A stretch of 64,000 nt of DNA from a virus: the IMG/VR virus record IMGVR_UViG_3300008448_000012, positions 50,471 through 114,470 of that record; one strand, written 5' to 3'. The position numbers and the translations under genes were made by a program. Numbering within the stretch: position 1 is the stretch's first letter; each line of letters starts with the position of its first letter. Below are positions 47,033-57,033 of this stretch, in pieces. The notes under the pieces were generated by a model. It ran no database searches. It worked only from the letters and a program-made list of their open reading frames with translations, and was not told where the DNA came from.

Positions 47033-47414
47033 ATTTCTCTGTTTTTGTTTTTAAATCGTGACAAGATTCGCAAAGACACTGAAGATTGTCAACCTCACAA
47101 AAAAGCCTATCAACAAATCCTGGTAGGTCTTCTGGACAATTCAATGATCCAGCAGGGATGATGTGATCAATATTGATCTTCTTCTCTGGGAACCATTTAC
47201 TACAATGAGCACAAAGATACTCAAATTTTTGTCTTTTATTGGCACCTTTGTATGGTCTTCTTGCATCCATTTTACATTGTGTAATTGGTTTCCACCACCT
47301 ACTCTTTTGTCTTAGAGCACTTCTAATGAAGCTCCAAAACATGGATTCTGTCATTGTTCCATTGTTTCTGGTACGTTCAACCTTTGGTTTTGCAGGGGCT
47401 CGTTTCTTCCTCAT
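47016..47414 (-). CDS. HNH endonuclease (T7 gp7.7-like)
   Basis: FIRSALR..SRWW, CAHC, IDHIIP and NLQCLCESCHDLKT. Confidence 0.8.
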   Translation of the reverse strand: MRKKRAPAKPKVERTRNNGTMTESMFWSFIRSALRQKSRWWKPITQCKMDARRPYKGANKRQKFEYLCAHCSKWFPEKKINIDHIIPAGSLNCPEDLPGFVDRLFCEVDNLQCLCESCHDLKTKTEKYGSKS

Positions 47415-47428
47415 AATCAATAAGTTAT

Positions 47429-47476
47429 AAAAAGGGGACTGTCGCAAAGTTAAACTGTTTTCACGACAATCCCCAA
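47429..47476 (-). promoter_or_regulatory. Terminator-like hairpin with embedded promoter
   Basis: GGGGATTGTCG/CGACAGTCCCC stem plus T5 on the minus strand; TTG-N21-TAACTTTG with the -7 box in the loop. Confidence 0.65.
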
Positions 47477-47480
47477 TTTA

Positions 47481-48929
47481 TTAATCTATATTAACTATAC
47501 GCTTGGAAAGCTGATCTTTCATTTCATTCAAGCTTGCAACAATGTTCTCAATTTGAGAATGTGTAATAGCTGGAATGTTGAACTCATGCTTCTTAGCCTC
47601 TGTAATGAAACCTTCTTTAGCCCTCTCAGTCAAATCTTGCAATTCGTGAATTGCGAAAGACTCATCAAGCTCAAGGGTATCAAAATCCAAATCATGAAGA
47701 ATGGTTGTTGATTCTTCTGTAGATACAGTCATGATAGGCAGATACTCATAACACCTACCCTTATGCTCACCAATACCTACCACCTTCATTGGATTGATAA
47801 GCACAAGAACAGATTGGTCACCACATCCTACATAGTTGATATGGTCAGCTGTGAAATGCAAACCTGCATGAGCACAATCTGCAGTAGACCAATTACACTC
47901 ATTTGGAGGCATATTCACCACCCTACCAATACGAATGTCAAATGTTTGTGTGTGAGCATCTGTGAAACGGTTCTCATGCCTATTGGGCAAATCAAGATAG
48001 AGTTCTGTCAAACCACCTATTTTCTCTCCGTGATTTACAGCCACTTCATCTTCATAACTATCTCCTGTTTCATCATCATATCCCTCTACAGTTTCATAAA
48101 GATCACTATAATGAACTAGTTTATATTCACCATTCTTTAGGAATACAGTGTAATCATCAGGAGATTTCTTCCATACAGCTTTCACCTTATTATAAACATT
48201 ACTTACAAATTGTACAAGTTCTGTACCACCATGTACTGTTACAACATTCCTAAGAGCAACAAAGAAGCCCTGCTTTGTAATCCTGAAGCTATTACTATTC
48301 AAGAAATCATACAAATCATTAGCAACTTCTGCTCTTGGATTCAAGCAACACCACATGAAGAACCTCTTAAGAGCTTGATATTCTTCATCTTGTACAAGTC
48401 TCTCTTCTATGCTTCCAAATCCTGCATAATACGCAGATTCTTCTACAATTTCAATAAACCTTTCAACCAGGAGTTGTGGCATAGTTCTACCTGTACCACG
48501 AAGCTTTACAGAATTACCCTCAATCTCAAAATCATCCAATCCTTCAAGCGTTTTGATTCCTTGTTGAAGAGTTTGCAGACGCTTAACTTCTGCCTCTTGC
48601 TTCTGCCTTTCTTCCCTAAGTTCAGGTGTAGCCATAATATCAAATACACTTGATTCAGAAACAGCATTCCTCACCCTATTGAAATCATCTGCTGTAGCAT
48701 CAGTTTTGCTAAGAACAGAACCATCTTGAAGAACTACAATCAAAAGGTCATTAACCAACTTAACTGACTTACATGGATTTCCATAATTCATAGGGGTAGT
48801 GGTGTCTGTTGTTGTAACAACATCACCAACTTGCTGACGCAATACAGCATTCTTCAGCTGTTGCTCCTCAATAATAAGGTTTTCCAATTCTGCTTGTCTC
48901 TTGAACCAACTCAATGTAAAATTACTCAT
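47481..48929 (-). CDS. rIIB-like protein
   Basis: LYDFL..F.IT..G.FVALR, F.IRIG.VV.MP..C..C..GLH and LINP..VV.I...KGRC.EY. Confidence 0.7.
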   Translation of the reverse strand: MSNFTLSWFKRQAELENLIIEEQQLKNAVLRQQVGDVVTTTDTTTPMNYGNPCKSVKLVNDLLIVVLQDGSVLSKTDATADDFNRVRNAVSESSVFDIMATPELREERQKQEAEVKRLQTLQQGIKTLEGLDDFEIEGNSVKLRGTGRTMPQLLVERFIEIVEESAYYAGFGSIEERLVQDEEYQALKRFFMWCCLNPRAEVANDLYDFLNSNSFRITKQGFFVALRNVVTVHGGTELVQFVSNVYNKVKAVWKKSPDDYTVFLKNGEYKLVHYSDLYETVEGYDDETGDSYEDEVAVNHGEKIGGLTELYLDLPNRHENRFTDAHTQTFDIRIGRVVNMPPNECNWSTADCAHAGLHFTADHINYVGCGDQSVLVLINPMKVVGIGEHKGRCYEYLPIMTVSTEESTTILHDLDFDTLELDESFAIHELQDLTERAKEGFITEAKKHEFNIPAITHSQIENIVASLNEMKDQLSKRIVNID

Positions 48930-48939
48930 AACGTTGTTT

Positions 48940-49128
48940 TTAAAAATGTTTCTTTCTCTTTTTGCTTAATAAATACTCTACGAATACAACAAACCAGGAT
49001 ATAAGTCCGATGGGCCATGCTAAGAACCACACAAGTGGTAGCAACCAATCACCTTCGGTTTCCAATTTTCTAACAAAAGAGTTGAGCCCCCAATACAGGA
49101 GCCCAACCATAAAATAAATAGCCATCAT
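48940..49128 (-). CDS. Small two-TM membrane protein
   Basis: 62 aa hydrophobic, WFLAWP motif, basic tail. Confidence 0.65.
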   Translation of the reverse strand: MMAIYFMVGLLYWGLNSFVRKLETEGDWLLPLVWFLAWPIGLISWFVVFVEYLLSKKRKKHF

Positions 49129-51404
49129 ATTTCATTAATTAATTCTTCTGAAATTGGAGTTGTTACTTCCTCATTCAGCTTTATGTTATAATTCTTCCAA
49201 TTGATACGCTGCTTGTGATATTTGAACAAATCAATAACAACAGGAATCATTGGGTCACTTTCTCTCCAGTTAGACATGCTTGCAAATGTAACATTCAGGA
49301 ATTTCAATTTGCCAAAGAGCTCCTTTATCTTCAGATAATCACTGTAGATGGACATATCATAAAGATTGTTTGCATCAGCCACTTCAATCATTGATGGATA
49401 CAAATCTGAAGAACGTGAAAGGCAGTGGTCATTATTGTATGCATTCAAACGATCCATAATTTCAGCAAGATCTTCTGAGATGATTTTCATCCTATTGGTC
49501 TTGTTAAATACAGAACTATAGTCAGAAATCAAACAACCAATCTTATAGGCAGTCACTACCCTTCTAAATGCTATGTGTTTACCTTCCATAAATTTATCCA
49601 TTGAAATCCAGTTATGCAAATCTACATCTTTAATCACCTTAAGTTCCCTATCAGAAAGAATGATGAATTTCACACTCTTTTGATTAAACAGTTTAAACAA
49701 ACCATCTGCAAGTTCAGAATGACTTGTTCCACCATAAACTGTCAAATAAGGACGCTGATGAGCTTTTGACATATCTATCAGATCAGGGACAAGTTTGGAA
49801 TTCTTATTTGAAACATACCTTTCAAGACCTACAAGCTTCTTGCAATTGATTTCTCCTTGAAGCTTTTTCCTCCTTGGATCTTTTGCAACAGCTGGTTTAA
49901 TCTTCTTCCTGGAGTTGATAAATGCTTGAGGAACAATAGCGTCATCAAGATTGATTACATTTTTGAAGCAACTTTTGATGATGTTCTGAATCTCAATAAT
50001 CCTTCCTCTCCATTCACTCTTTGGATGATTGTAAAGCTTCAAAAGACCCATGTAAGTGTCTATGTCTGAATTCTTGGAAGAACCAAGTTTCATAGAACGG
50101 ATCTTCTTTATAAAATAAACAGTTTCTCTCTTGACATAGATTGACTTCATGTAGTCTTTCTTCAACCCACTAATCTTGTCATTTATCATGTAACAGGGTT
50201 TCTCCTGTCCAAGAACATAATAAACTCCTGACCAGCGAGAACCTTGAGACATTCTGCCATTATACAATTCATACTTCACACAATACTCATTGAACATATA
50301 GTCTCTCATTCTGTAAATGTCATAAGTTGTGTGATAGTGCAATCCTTTAATGACAGCTGTTTTGAATTGAATGGATGAATAGTCTTTGAAACAACTTGCA
50401 TCATAATAACCTTTTCCAAAACATTCAACCCTCTTGGTAGTAGTGTTAAATTCATCAATTGCTTTTCTGACATCTTCTGTATCAATCACTGATTCATTGT
50501 ATTTGTTTACAAAATAATCAGCAACGATAGCAAGCTTCTTCTTGATAGCATCGATTGTTTCTTTTGTATACCTCAAGGATTCCCTATTTGGTGTTGGAAA
50601 CACTCCATCTGTAAGACTGAACCTCAAAGCAACTGGGAATTCTATAGAATGCTTTATACCAAGCTTCGAGAAATCAATTGGATAATAAACATTATCCAAA
50701 CAAATGTGCAGGCTAGAGTCTCTTGACATAGATGAAATCTGAAAATGCTCATGCCTTGTTATTGAGAAGTCATTGTTCACCTCACTTCCATCAAACACAT
50801 CAAAATAAACACTCTCAAAATAAGCAAGCTGTTCAGATATCTTCCTGATGAATGAATACTTGTCACTATACCTTACAGGAATAATCACCTTTACACCATT
50901 ACGTTGGTCTGTAGGAGTTTCATAGAGCAAATCAATTGAGTTTACATCTTCTCCCTCATACATCATATACTTACGCTCTACACCATTCTTACGAGCAACA
51001 AAATAGAAGCTTGAAGAATATGCAAGAGGAGCTTTGAAGCCCAAGCCCATCATACCCAACTCATTGGCTGAATTACGCTTTGTACTCTTACCATACTTAC
51101 TGATGATATTCTTTACATCATCTGCATCCAAACCAACACCAAAATCCTCAACAGAGAATTCATAGGAGTTGTCTTTTGATTGCATGGATACAATAATTGG
51201 ATCTGTAACACCAGCTCTTCTATGACTATCCAGTGCATTGGATGCACACTCACGGATAGTAGAGCCTATTGAATCTGAATAGAGATTCTTACTTAACATC
51301 TGCATCAGGATTTGAGCAGAATCTAAGTCAAGAGACATTCCAATTGTTTCCTGTGTTTCGCCTTCTTCAAGAATTACAGCGTTTGTTTGTTTTTCTAAGA
51401 TCAT
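49125..51404 (-). CDS. rIIA-like protein with GHKL ATPase domain
   Basis: LYSD...IRECASNALD, VEDFGVGL, STKR..N..G.MGLGFK and PNRESLRYT. Confidence 0.8.
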   Translation of the reverse strand: MILEKQTNAVILEEGETQETIGMSLDLDSAQILMQMLSKNLYSDSIGSTIRECASNALDSHRRAGVTDPIIVSMQSKDNSYEFSVEDFGVGLDADDVKNIISKYGKSTKRNSANELGMMGLGFKAPLAYSSSFYFVARKNGVERKYMMYEGEDVNSIDLLYETPTDQRNGVKVIIPVRYSDKYSFIRKISEQLAYFESVYFDVFDGSEVNNDFSITRHEHFQISSMSRDSSLHICLDNVYYPIDFSKLGIKHSIEFPVALRFSLTDGVFPTPNRESLRYTKETIDAIKKKLAIVADYFVNKYNESVIDTEDVRKAIDEFNTTTKRVECFGKGYYDASCFKDYSSIQFKTAVIKGLHYHTTYDIYRMRDYMFNEYCVKYELYNGRMSQGSRWSGVYYVLGQEKPCYMINDKISGLKKDYMKSIYVKRETVYFIKKIRSMKLGSSKNSDIDTYMGLLKLYNHPKSEWRGRIIEIQNIIKSCFKNVINLDDAIVPQAFINSRKKIKPAVAKDPRRKKLQGEINCKKLVGLERYVSNKNSKLVPDLIDMSKAHQRPYLTVYGGTSHSELADGLFKLFNQKSVKFIILSDRELKVIKDVDLHNWISMDKFMEGKHIAFRRVVTAYKIGCLISDYSSVFNKTNRMKIISEDLAEIMDRLNAYNNDHCLSRSSDLYPSMIEVADANNLYDMSIYSDYLKIKELFGKLKFLNVTFASMSNWRESDPMIPVVIDLFKYHKQRINWKNYNIKLNEEVTTPISEELINEI

Positions 51405-51718
51405 TTTATTATGTTTTCTTGTTTCAAAATATCAATTGCTTGTTCGTATTGTTGCAGGTCTTCTTGTTTATATAGCACATCCTTGGTCAATCTTAACACC
51501 CTATATTCCAGGTTGTCTCCATAGATATATGCTTTATGAAACTCTGGTTTCTTATTGTTGCTTGCATAATATTTAGCACTAGATATAACACCATGTGGCA
51601 TGTAATATTGAATTGTGCCTTTACCATATCCTGCAAATATTCCAATATAAAAACCTTGTGTGTAACTAACTCCAATAAGGTCACCTATTTCTAGTTCACC
51701 TCCATACCTAAGTCTCAT
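51401..51718 (-). CDS. Hypothetical protein
   Basis: Likely start MRLRYGG at 51718. Confidence 0.6.
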   Translation of the reverse strand: MRLRYGGELEIGDLIGVSYTQGFYIGIFAGYGKGTIQYYMPHGVISSAKYYASNNKKPEFHKAYIYGDNLEYRVLRLTKDVLYKQEDLQQYEQAIDILKQENIIK

Positions 51719-51734
51719 GTTGTTCGATTTTAAA

Positions 51735-52469
51735 TTATAAATATTTCCATATAAATTTTTTATATGTCTTACGTTCACCTCTTGCTGCTTTTACTATATT
51801 TTGATAACTAAATCCTGTTTCTATACTAGCAAGTTTAACATTGTTCCATTCTTGTAATAATTTACCAGATTTATCAAATTTTCCAACCTTTTTATATAAG
51901 TAAGAATAATCTTTTTCAAAGAAATTTCTTTTTTTATTTTTTATAAAGTCTTCAAATTCTGATTTATATATCCAAATATATCCTCCTGCACTTTTTTTTC
52001 CTATACTTCTTGCAGAACTTCCTACATGCTTGATGTTTGTTTCTAATATTGCTTTTTTACAAGAAGAATACTCTTTAATAATGTTAAAATTTAAGTCAAG
52101 TTGATAAATAGGTTTAGATTTTATTTCTGACATAGTTTTAATAGTTTCCTCTTGTCTTATTACACCAAGAGGACCTTCCCCTCCTTCAGCAAGATTTGTC
52201 AAGTTTGGATTAATTTTTCTATAATAAGAAATCCAATACTTCTCTCTTTCTCTCCATATAGACTCTTCTACATCTTCTATAACTTTTGCAATAGGCTTTA
52301 GTCCATTTTTTATAAGACTAGCTATCCAAATGTCTCTAGGAGTAGAGTTATGTCTTGAACAGTGATAATGAGAGGACAATCTTGCTGAAAGTTTAACTTT
52401 TGTTCTTCCTATATACATTACTTTATTTGTAATAGGGTCTGATAAACTGTATATTTTTACTTTATCCAT
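51735..52469 (-). CDS. GIY-YIG homing endonuclease with NUMOD1 domains
   Basis: IYSLSDP...YIGRT, REKYWI..Y, LTN...GG and two K.I.Q.D..G..I.E..S repeats ending (G/K).IW.Y. Confidence 0.85.
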   Translation of the reverse strand: MDKVKIYSLSDPITNKVMYIGRTKVKLSARLSSHYHCSRHNSTPRDIWIASLIKNGLKPIAKVIEDVEESIWREREKYWISYYRKINPNLTNLAEGGEGPLGVIRQEETIKTMSEIKSKPIYQLDLNFNIIKEYSSCKKAILETNIKHVGSSARSIGKKSAGGYIWIYKSEFEDFIKNKKRNFFEKDYSYLYKKVGKFDKSGKLLQEWNNVKLASIETGFSYQNIVKAARGERKTYKKFIWKYL

Positions 52470-52471
52470 AT

Positions 52472-52528
52472 TTTTGGGTATGAATTTGATTATATACCCA
52501 AAATTAAGAAAAATAATTTACATAACAA
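52472..52528 (-). promoter_or_regulatory. Promoter plus hairpin adjacent to the endonuclease start
   Basis: TTG-N19-TAATTTTG; TTTTGGGTAT/ATACCCAAAA stem ends 2 nt before the ATG. Confidence 0.6.
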
Positions 52529-52550
52529 TAAATCAACTATTAAATAATTA

Positions 52551-53267
52551 TTAAAAAGGAGGAGGTTCGTATAACCAGTCTATAATATAGTTATTATTAT
52601 CCTTTATTATCTTTGAGACTTTTGTAAACACACCTTCTGTATCCCAATCTGTGTTTTTATAACTGGCAGAAGCTGGATGACTTACAGTGAAACTCCAAGA
52701 CATAGGACCAGTGTACTTCTTATACTTAGACGCATCTTTACCAAGAAAGACAATAGGAACACCTGTAAGGGAAATTATCTCTTCCATTACATATTTTGTA
52801 AAAGGTTCCCATATATCAATATGACTTCCTGCTTTGTTCATCTCTGTTGTAAGAGCTGCGTTATACATAAGAACACCTTGCTTTGCCAAATAACTGACAT
52901 CTGGAAGTTTCTGATATTTGAGATTAAGAGCATGTAGCTCTGCCTCAATACCATCATAAAACTTGTCAAGAGAGGGTTGCAGTTTATTTGTTTCACTGCA
53001 TCCCATAAGCAAACCGTCTGCTACAGGATTTCCATTAATAAATGTGTGATAGGGACACATACCCATAAGTACCACCTTCAAATCATCAAGAGGAGTTTCT
53101 TTGAAACACCTATAAGTGACAGAAGAAGAAGGGGCAATCTTCTTGCCCCTCTTTCCTTCTGCTTTAAGAAACTTATAGATGTTATCACATTCTTCACTCT
53201 CAATGAAAGGTCTCATTTTTGAATGCCAGCTTTCGTGAAACTGATCTTTAAAGTTTTCCCAAATCAT
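52551..53267 (-). CDS. ung: Uracil-DNA glycosylase family 1
   Basis: KVVLMGMCPY (GQDPY variant), QPSL, QGVLMYNAALT and SHPAS. Confidence 0.85.
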   Translation of the reverse strand: MIWENFKDQFHESWHSKMRPFIESEECDNIYKFLKAEGKRGKKIAPSSSVTYRCFKETPLDDLKVVLMGMCPYHTFINGNPVADGLLMGCSETNKLQPSLDKFYDGIEAELHALNLKYQKLPDVSYLAKQGVLMYNAALTTEMNKAGSHIDIWEPFTKYVMEEIISLTGVPIVFLGKDASKYKKYTGPMSWSFTVSHPASASYKNTDWDTEGVFTKVSKIIKDNNNYIIDWLYEPPPF

Positions 53268-53272
53268 AATTC

Positions 53273-54067
53273 TTAATTAAACATGTCCAATTGCAAAAAT
53301 CCTTCAGGAGTATCAATAGGTTGTTCGAAGACTGGCTCAACTGTAGGAACAAACATGCCACTCTCATTCACAAAGAAATTGTGAGCTTTGATGTGACTGT
53401 TCATACGAATAGATGGATGCAATTCCTTCATAGCAAATGTGGCATAGTTATACAACTCCCACATGCTGTCTGGAGCACCATAATCATGTGTAGGATTTTC
53501 AAGCTCTCTAGCCATGATGTTCATCTGTGTAGAGCTAATGAATTGCTCTTCAATCAACATCCTACCAATGAGCTCAGCTTTAACACGCTTGGACAATTCA
53601 ATTTGCTTCATTGCTTCACGCTCTGTTTGCATCTTTTTGAATGTATCACCAGCTTGTTTGATGTATTCACTGATAGCATTTGGTGTGAATTCCTGAACAT
53701 CACCCTTGTGCCTTTTCTTGAAAGAGCCCATATCACCATGAACCATACCATTCTGACAAATGAATATACGTGCACCAATAGCAAACTTCAAGCTCAATGT
53801 CTTGTTGTAGCTATTCTGCCAACCAATTTGCAATTGCATTTCACTATCAGCAACGTTCCTAATACTAAACTGACCATTAGCAATAGCACCACCTTGTGCC
53901 ATTGAATAGGTTTCTTTATCTAATGTAAATCCTGCTTTCTCAATACTGTTCAATGTGAGATCAATCAGACTAGCATGTGTAATTGGCTTATAAGTCCTTG
54001 TCTGTTGAGGAATGTCTGCATTAATAATCATTCCTTTTGTTGTGGTGTAAGTTGGAGCTGTGCTCAT
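53273..54067 (-). CDS. DUF932-like protein
   Basis: YKPITH, NSYNK..S...GARIFICQNG..., W.LYN..T...K. Confidence 0.7.
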   Translation of the reverse strand: MSTAPTYTTTKGMIINADIPQQTRTYKPITHASLIDLTLNSIEKAGFTLDKETYSMAQGGAIANGQFSIRNVADSEMQLQIGWQNSYNKTLSLKFAIGARIFICQNGMVHGDMGSFKKRHKGDVQEFTPNAISEYIKQAGDTFKKMQTEREAMKQIELSKRVKAELIGRMLIEEQFISSTQMNIMARELENPTHDYGAPDSMWELYNYATFAMKELHPSIRMNSHIKAHNFFVNESGMFVPTVEPVFEQPIDTPEGFLQLDMFN

Positions 54068-54216
54068 TGTTGTGTCAGTTTAATTGTTATTCCTAAATAT
54101 TTACTCAATATACCCTGGAGATTCTCAATGCCTATGCATTCTATTTCATCTCCTTGCGTTGTTGACAACCATTCAGTGTCATTTTGTATCTGAATGATAA
54201 GTTCATTAATTGTCAT
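54064..54216 (-). CDS. Hypothetical 50-aa protein (not in track)
   Basis: MTINELIIQIQNDTEWLSTTQGDEIECIGIENLQGILSKYLG...; overlaps both neighbours. Confidence 0.55.
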   Translation of the reverse strand: MTINELIIQIQNDTEWLSTTQGDEIECIGIENLQGILSKYLGITIKLTQQ

Positions 54217-55213
54217 AAATTCCCTTTTTCTTTAGATAATCTTCAATGGTCTGTAGCCCATGTTTCCTGCTCAAATCAGCCCAATCCTTGATTCCTTCAA
54301 CAAGATATTTTCTTGGTACATTGCAATAATCAAAGTCAAACAGTTTTGTTATCTGTTGACTGTTCTGCACTCCAACAATATCACTGTCAAAGCTTAGCAC
54401 TTGTCTATCAGAATTAGCCTTGAGATATTCAACATTCTCATGAGAGAAACAACCCATTCCTTCATTCTGTACAGCACAGCTGCATGGAAAGATCTTTTTA
54501 ATCACCATGTAATCCTTCTTGCTCTTATTGATAAAAGCAGTTTTACAGTTGATTATATCCTCTTTGCCATCCATAGCTGTAATTGGTACATTATTAGGAA
54601 CCCATTTGTTTTTCTTATCACCATAAGGTCTGTAGATTTTCCAATGTCCATCATACAAATACCCAAACACCAATTCATCATCTTTAATATGAAACAATTG
54701 CTTGTTCAAAAAGACTTTCTTGACAGCATATACATTATTTGCTCTCAGATCATCTACACTCTGATGATATTGATTCCAGTATTCAAGTTCCCTATTTGTG
54801 AACTTCCTGGTAATCACTTGAATTAGCGATGTGCGTTTGTTTATTTCAGGTTGTTTGTAATCAGAAACAATTCTTTTGTATTCCTCTGTAGAGTTTCCAG
54901 AAAGTATTCCCAATCCAAAATCCTTATCAATCAGCTTCAACACATCATCATGTGAAGAAAGATTGAATAGCATCTTGACAAAATGAAAACAATTACCACG
55001 CAAACTTGTATCTGTAAAATCGATATATGAAATATATCCAAGCTTATTACCAATAAGAAACGAGGGATTGTTCTCTTTTCTGAAAGGAGAATATGTAACA
55101 CGATTCAACTTCCATGATTTATCAGGCATATAAAACCTGAAGATATCATACTCTGTAATTTTATCCAAGATTGTTTCTGCTGTAAGCCTTAACCTCTTTT
55201 TCCCTTGTATCAT
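54206..55213 (-). CDS. DNA primase (crAss-like, TOPRIM)
   Basis: SPFRKENNPSF, KIYRP, KSKKD, SFDSD..G and KDWAD. Confidence 0.85.
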   Translation of the reverse strand: MIQGKKRLRLTAETILDKITEYDIFRFYMPDKSWKLNRVTYSPFRKENNPSFLIGNKLGYISYIDFTDTSLRGNCFHFVKMLFNLSSHDDVLKLIDKDFGLGILSGNSTEEYKRIVSDYKQPEINKRTSLIQVITRKFTNRELEYWNQYHQSVDDLRANNVYAVKKVFLNKQLFHIKDDELVFGYLYDGHWKIYRPYGDKKNKWVPNNVPITAMDGKEDIINCKTAFINKSKKDYMVIKKIFPCSCAVQNEGMGCFSHENVEYLKANSDRQVLSFDSDIVGVQNSQQITKLFDFDYCNVPRKYLVEGIKDWADLSRKHGLQTIEDYLKKKGIYDN

Positions 55214-55219
55214 ATAATA

Positions 55220-55258
55220 CAAATATAAAAAAAGCCCCTCTAATAATCAAGAGGGGCT
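55220..55258 (-). promoter_or_regulatory. Terminator overlapping a promoter
   Basis: AGCCCCTC/GAGGGGCT stem plus T7. TTG lies in the loop and TATATTTG overlaps the T-run, 20 nt apart. Confidence 0.7.
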
Positions 55259-55281
55259 CTTAGTTTCATTAATCTAAATGA

Positions 55282-56148
55282 TTAATAAGAAGAGTCATCA
55301 TCAGAGATGATTGCATCCGAAGCTACCAGGTTATCGTTAGGGTTGTATTCTTTCAAGTCTTTGAGAATATAGAAATCTTTACATCCATATTCACCAGTCA
55401 CTTTCATAACAAACTTCTCATGTTGCTTCAATTCTTTAGGTTTCTTAGTCCTAAGATTTGCAAGCACAGCAGGGTTTGTATAGTCTACAAGTTTGAAATG
55501 CTTCAAAGAATATGAAGAAAGGAAATCCCTGTTGTAAACACCTTGATATTCCTTAGTGTCATCTTCTTTGATAACAGTCTTCACTGTAGCAAGAGCACCA
55601 ACAGTTGTAGTGTATTCTCCACCAATTTGAGCTTTGATGTCCTTTACATTACCTTTCATCAGTGATTTCCACTCAAGCTGAAGAGTAGTATCTGCATCAC
55701 GATAGTCAAGGTTGCCCAACCATGTTCTCATAAAGTTGTACAGTTCCTCTTCACCAACAAATGCTGGACGATACTCCCTAGTTGCAAACCATGATGCAAT
55801 GTTGTTTGGATCATCAGCCCAAGTGCAAGTACCTACAGTGTTGATATACTGCTTCTTGGTCCTATCCTTGTTCTCTTTTACCTTGTTCTCAAGGAAGAAT
55901 GTCACCTTGAATTTCTCTTTGCTCTTAACTTCTTCAAGCCAGAAATCAACACGCAGTGTAGTGTTACCATCATTGTTGGTTCCGAGATACTCAATTGCTT
56001 TGCTATCTTCCTTCAACTCAATACCGAGTATTTCACTATACTCTTCAAGTGTAGGATTAACAGCAACAACGTTTGCTTCAAACAAACCAACACGCTTTAC
56101 GCTTTCAAAGTTCTGTTGTTCTTTCTTTTTACCTCCGATTGTACTCAT
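55282..56148 (-). CDS. Putative ssDNA-binding protein (crAss-like)
   Basis: VVAVNPT.EE, K.QYIN..G..TW and GEEELY.F; acidic C-terminus; lies between the AAA ATPase and primase. Confidence 0.6.
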   Translation of the reverse strand: MSTIGGKKKEQQNFESVKRVGLFEANVVAVNPTLEEYSEILGIELKEDSKAIEYLGTNNDGNTTLRVDFWLEEVKSKEKFKVTFFLENKVKENKDRTKKQYINTVGTCTWADDPNNIASWFATREYRPAFVGEEELYNFMRTWLGNLDYRDADTTLQLEWKSLMKGNVKDIKAQIGGEYTTTVGALATVKTVIKEDDTKEYQGVYNRDFLSSYSLKHFKLVDYTNPAVLANLRTKKPKELKQHEKFVMKVTGEYGCKDFYILKDLKEYNPNDNLVASDAIISDDDSSY

Positions 56149-56159
56149 TGTTCTTGTTT

Positions 56160-56831
56160 TTAATTATAATATTCGTTAATAGTGTCAACAACTTTCTGAA
56201 GATTGTTGTCGATTTTAATTTCATTAAACATACCATCAGGACTCTTAGCAGGATATTTCTTAAACCTATTGGTTATGAAATTGTAGCTAACAGTTCCATC
56301 CTTATTTTCCTCTACGTGTGTGTAAAGACAAATTGTGAACAATCCCTCAAGAGTGATTTGATTGTCCAACATTTTGCCAGAGGTCTTCATTTTATATCCA
56401 ATTATCTCACCACTGTCTTCAATTGTTTCAGGATGTGTAAAGTAGAATATCTTCATGTCATCACGCAATCTACGTGCTTCTCTGAACAATTCCACCATAT
56501 CCTTAGCAAGAATAGTGAACTTTCCATAACCAGTTTCTGTAGCCTTATCAGCCATACGAAAAGCCATCATATAGTTACTATCTTCGATAATAACATTTTT
56601 GATGTGTGTAGCCTTCTCAGAAATTGTTTTCAACAAACGGGTGATTTCTACGATTTCATCAACTTCCTTGTAATTACGCTTTTCAGCGTTATACAATTTG
56701 TCTGCTCCCTTGAAAGGTAGCTCTTTCTTTGCAACATTGATAATGTAAGTCTCTTCTGAATTCAAATGCTTAACAGAGGTGGATTTACCAGTGCCTGTAG
56801 CACCTACAATCCCAATTAATTTACTCGCCAT
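56160..56831 (-). CDS. AAA ATPase (Sak4/AAA_24-like)
   Basis: GATGTGKSTS, IIEDSNY, KT.GKMLD and AKSPDGMF. Confidence 0.8.
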   Translation of the reverse strand: MASKLIGIVGATGTGKSTSVKHLNSEETYIINVAKKELPFKGADKLYNAEKRNYKEVDEIVEITRLLKTISEKATHIKNVIIEDSNYMMAFRMADKATETGYGKFTILAKDMVELFREARRLRDDMKIFYFTHPETIEDSGEIIGYKMKTSGKMLDNQITLEGLFTICLYTHVEENKDGTVSYNFITNRFKKYPAKSPDGMFNEIKIDNNLQKVVDTINEYYN

Positions 56832-57033
56832 CTTTTTTTTCTTTCAAAGATACATCAATTTCCTCTGACTTCAAAATTTCTTTGGTTTTATAATTAGGGT
56901 TTTCTTTCACCTTTTCATAAAAACCATTTGCTTTTTCTTCGTCATAAGAACCTGTGATATACTTATCATCAACATACACTGCAAACCAATCTTTATCAGT
57001 GTAGCATTTTTCTCTAACCAACCTGATGTTCAT
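56821..57033 (-). CDS. Hypothetical protein
   Basis: Coupled ORF. Confidence 0.55.
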   Translation of the reverse strand: MNIRLVREKCYTDKDWFAVYVDDKYITGSYDEEKANGFYEKVKENPNYKTKEILKSEEIDVSLKEKKDGE

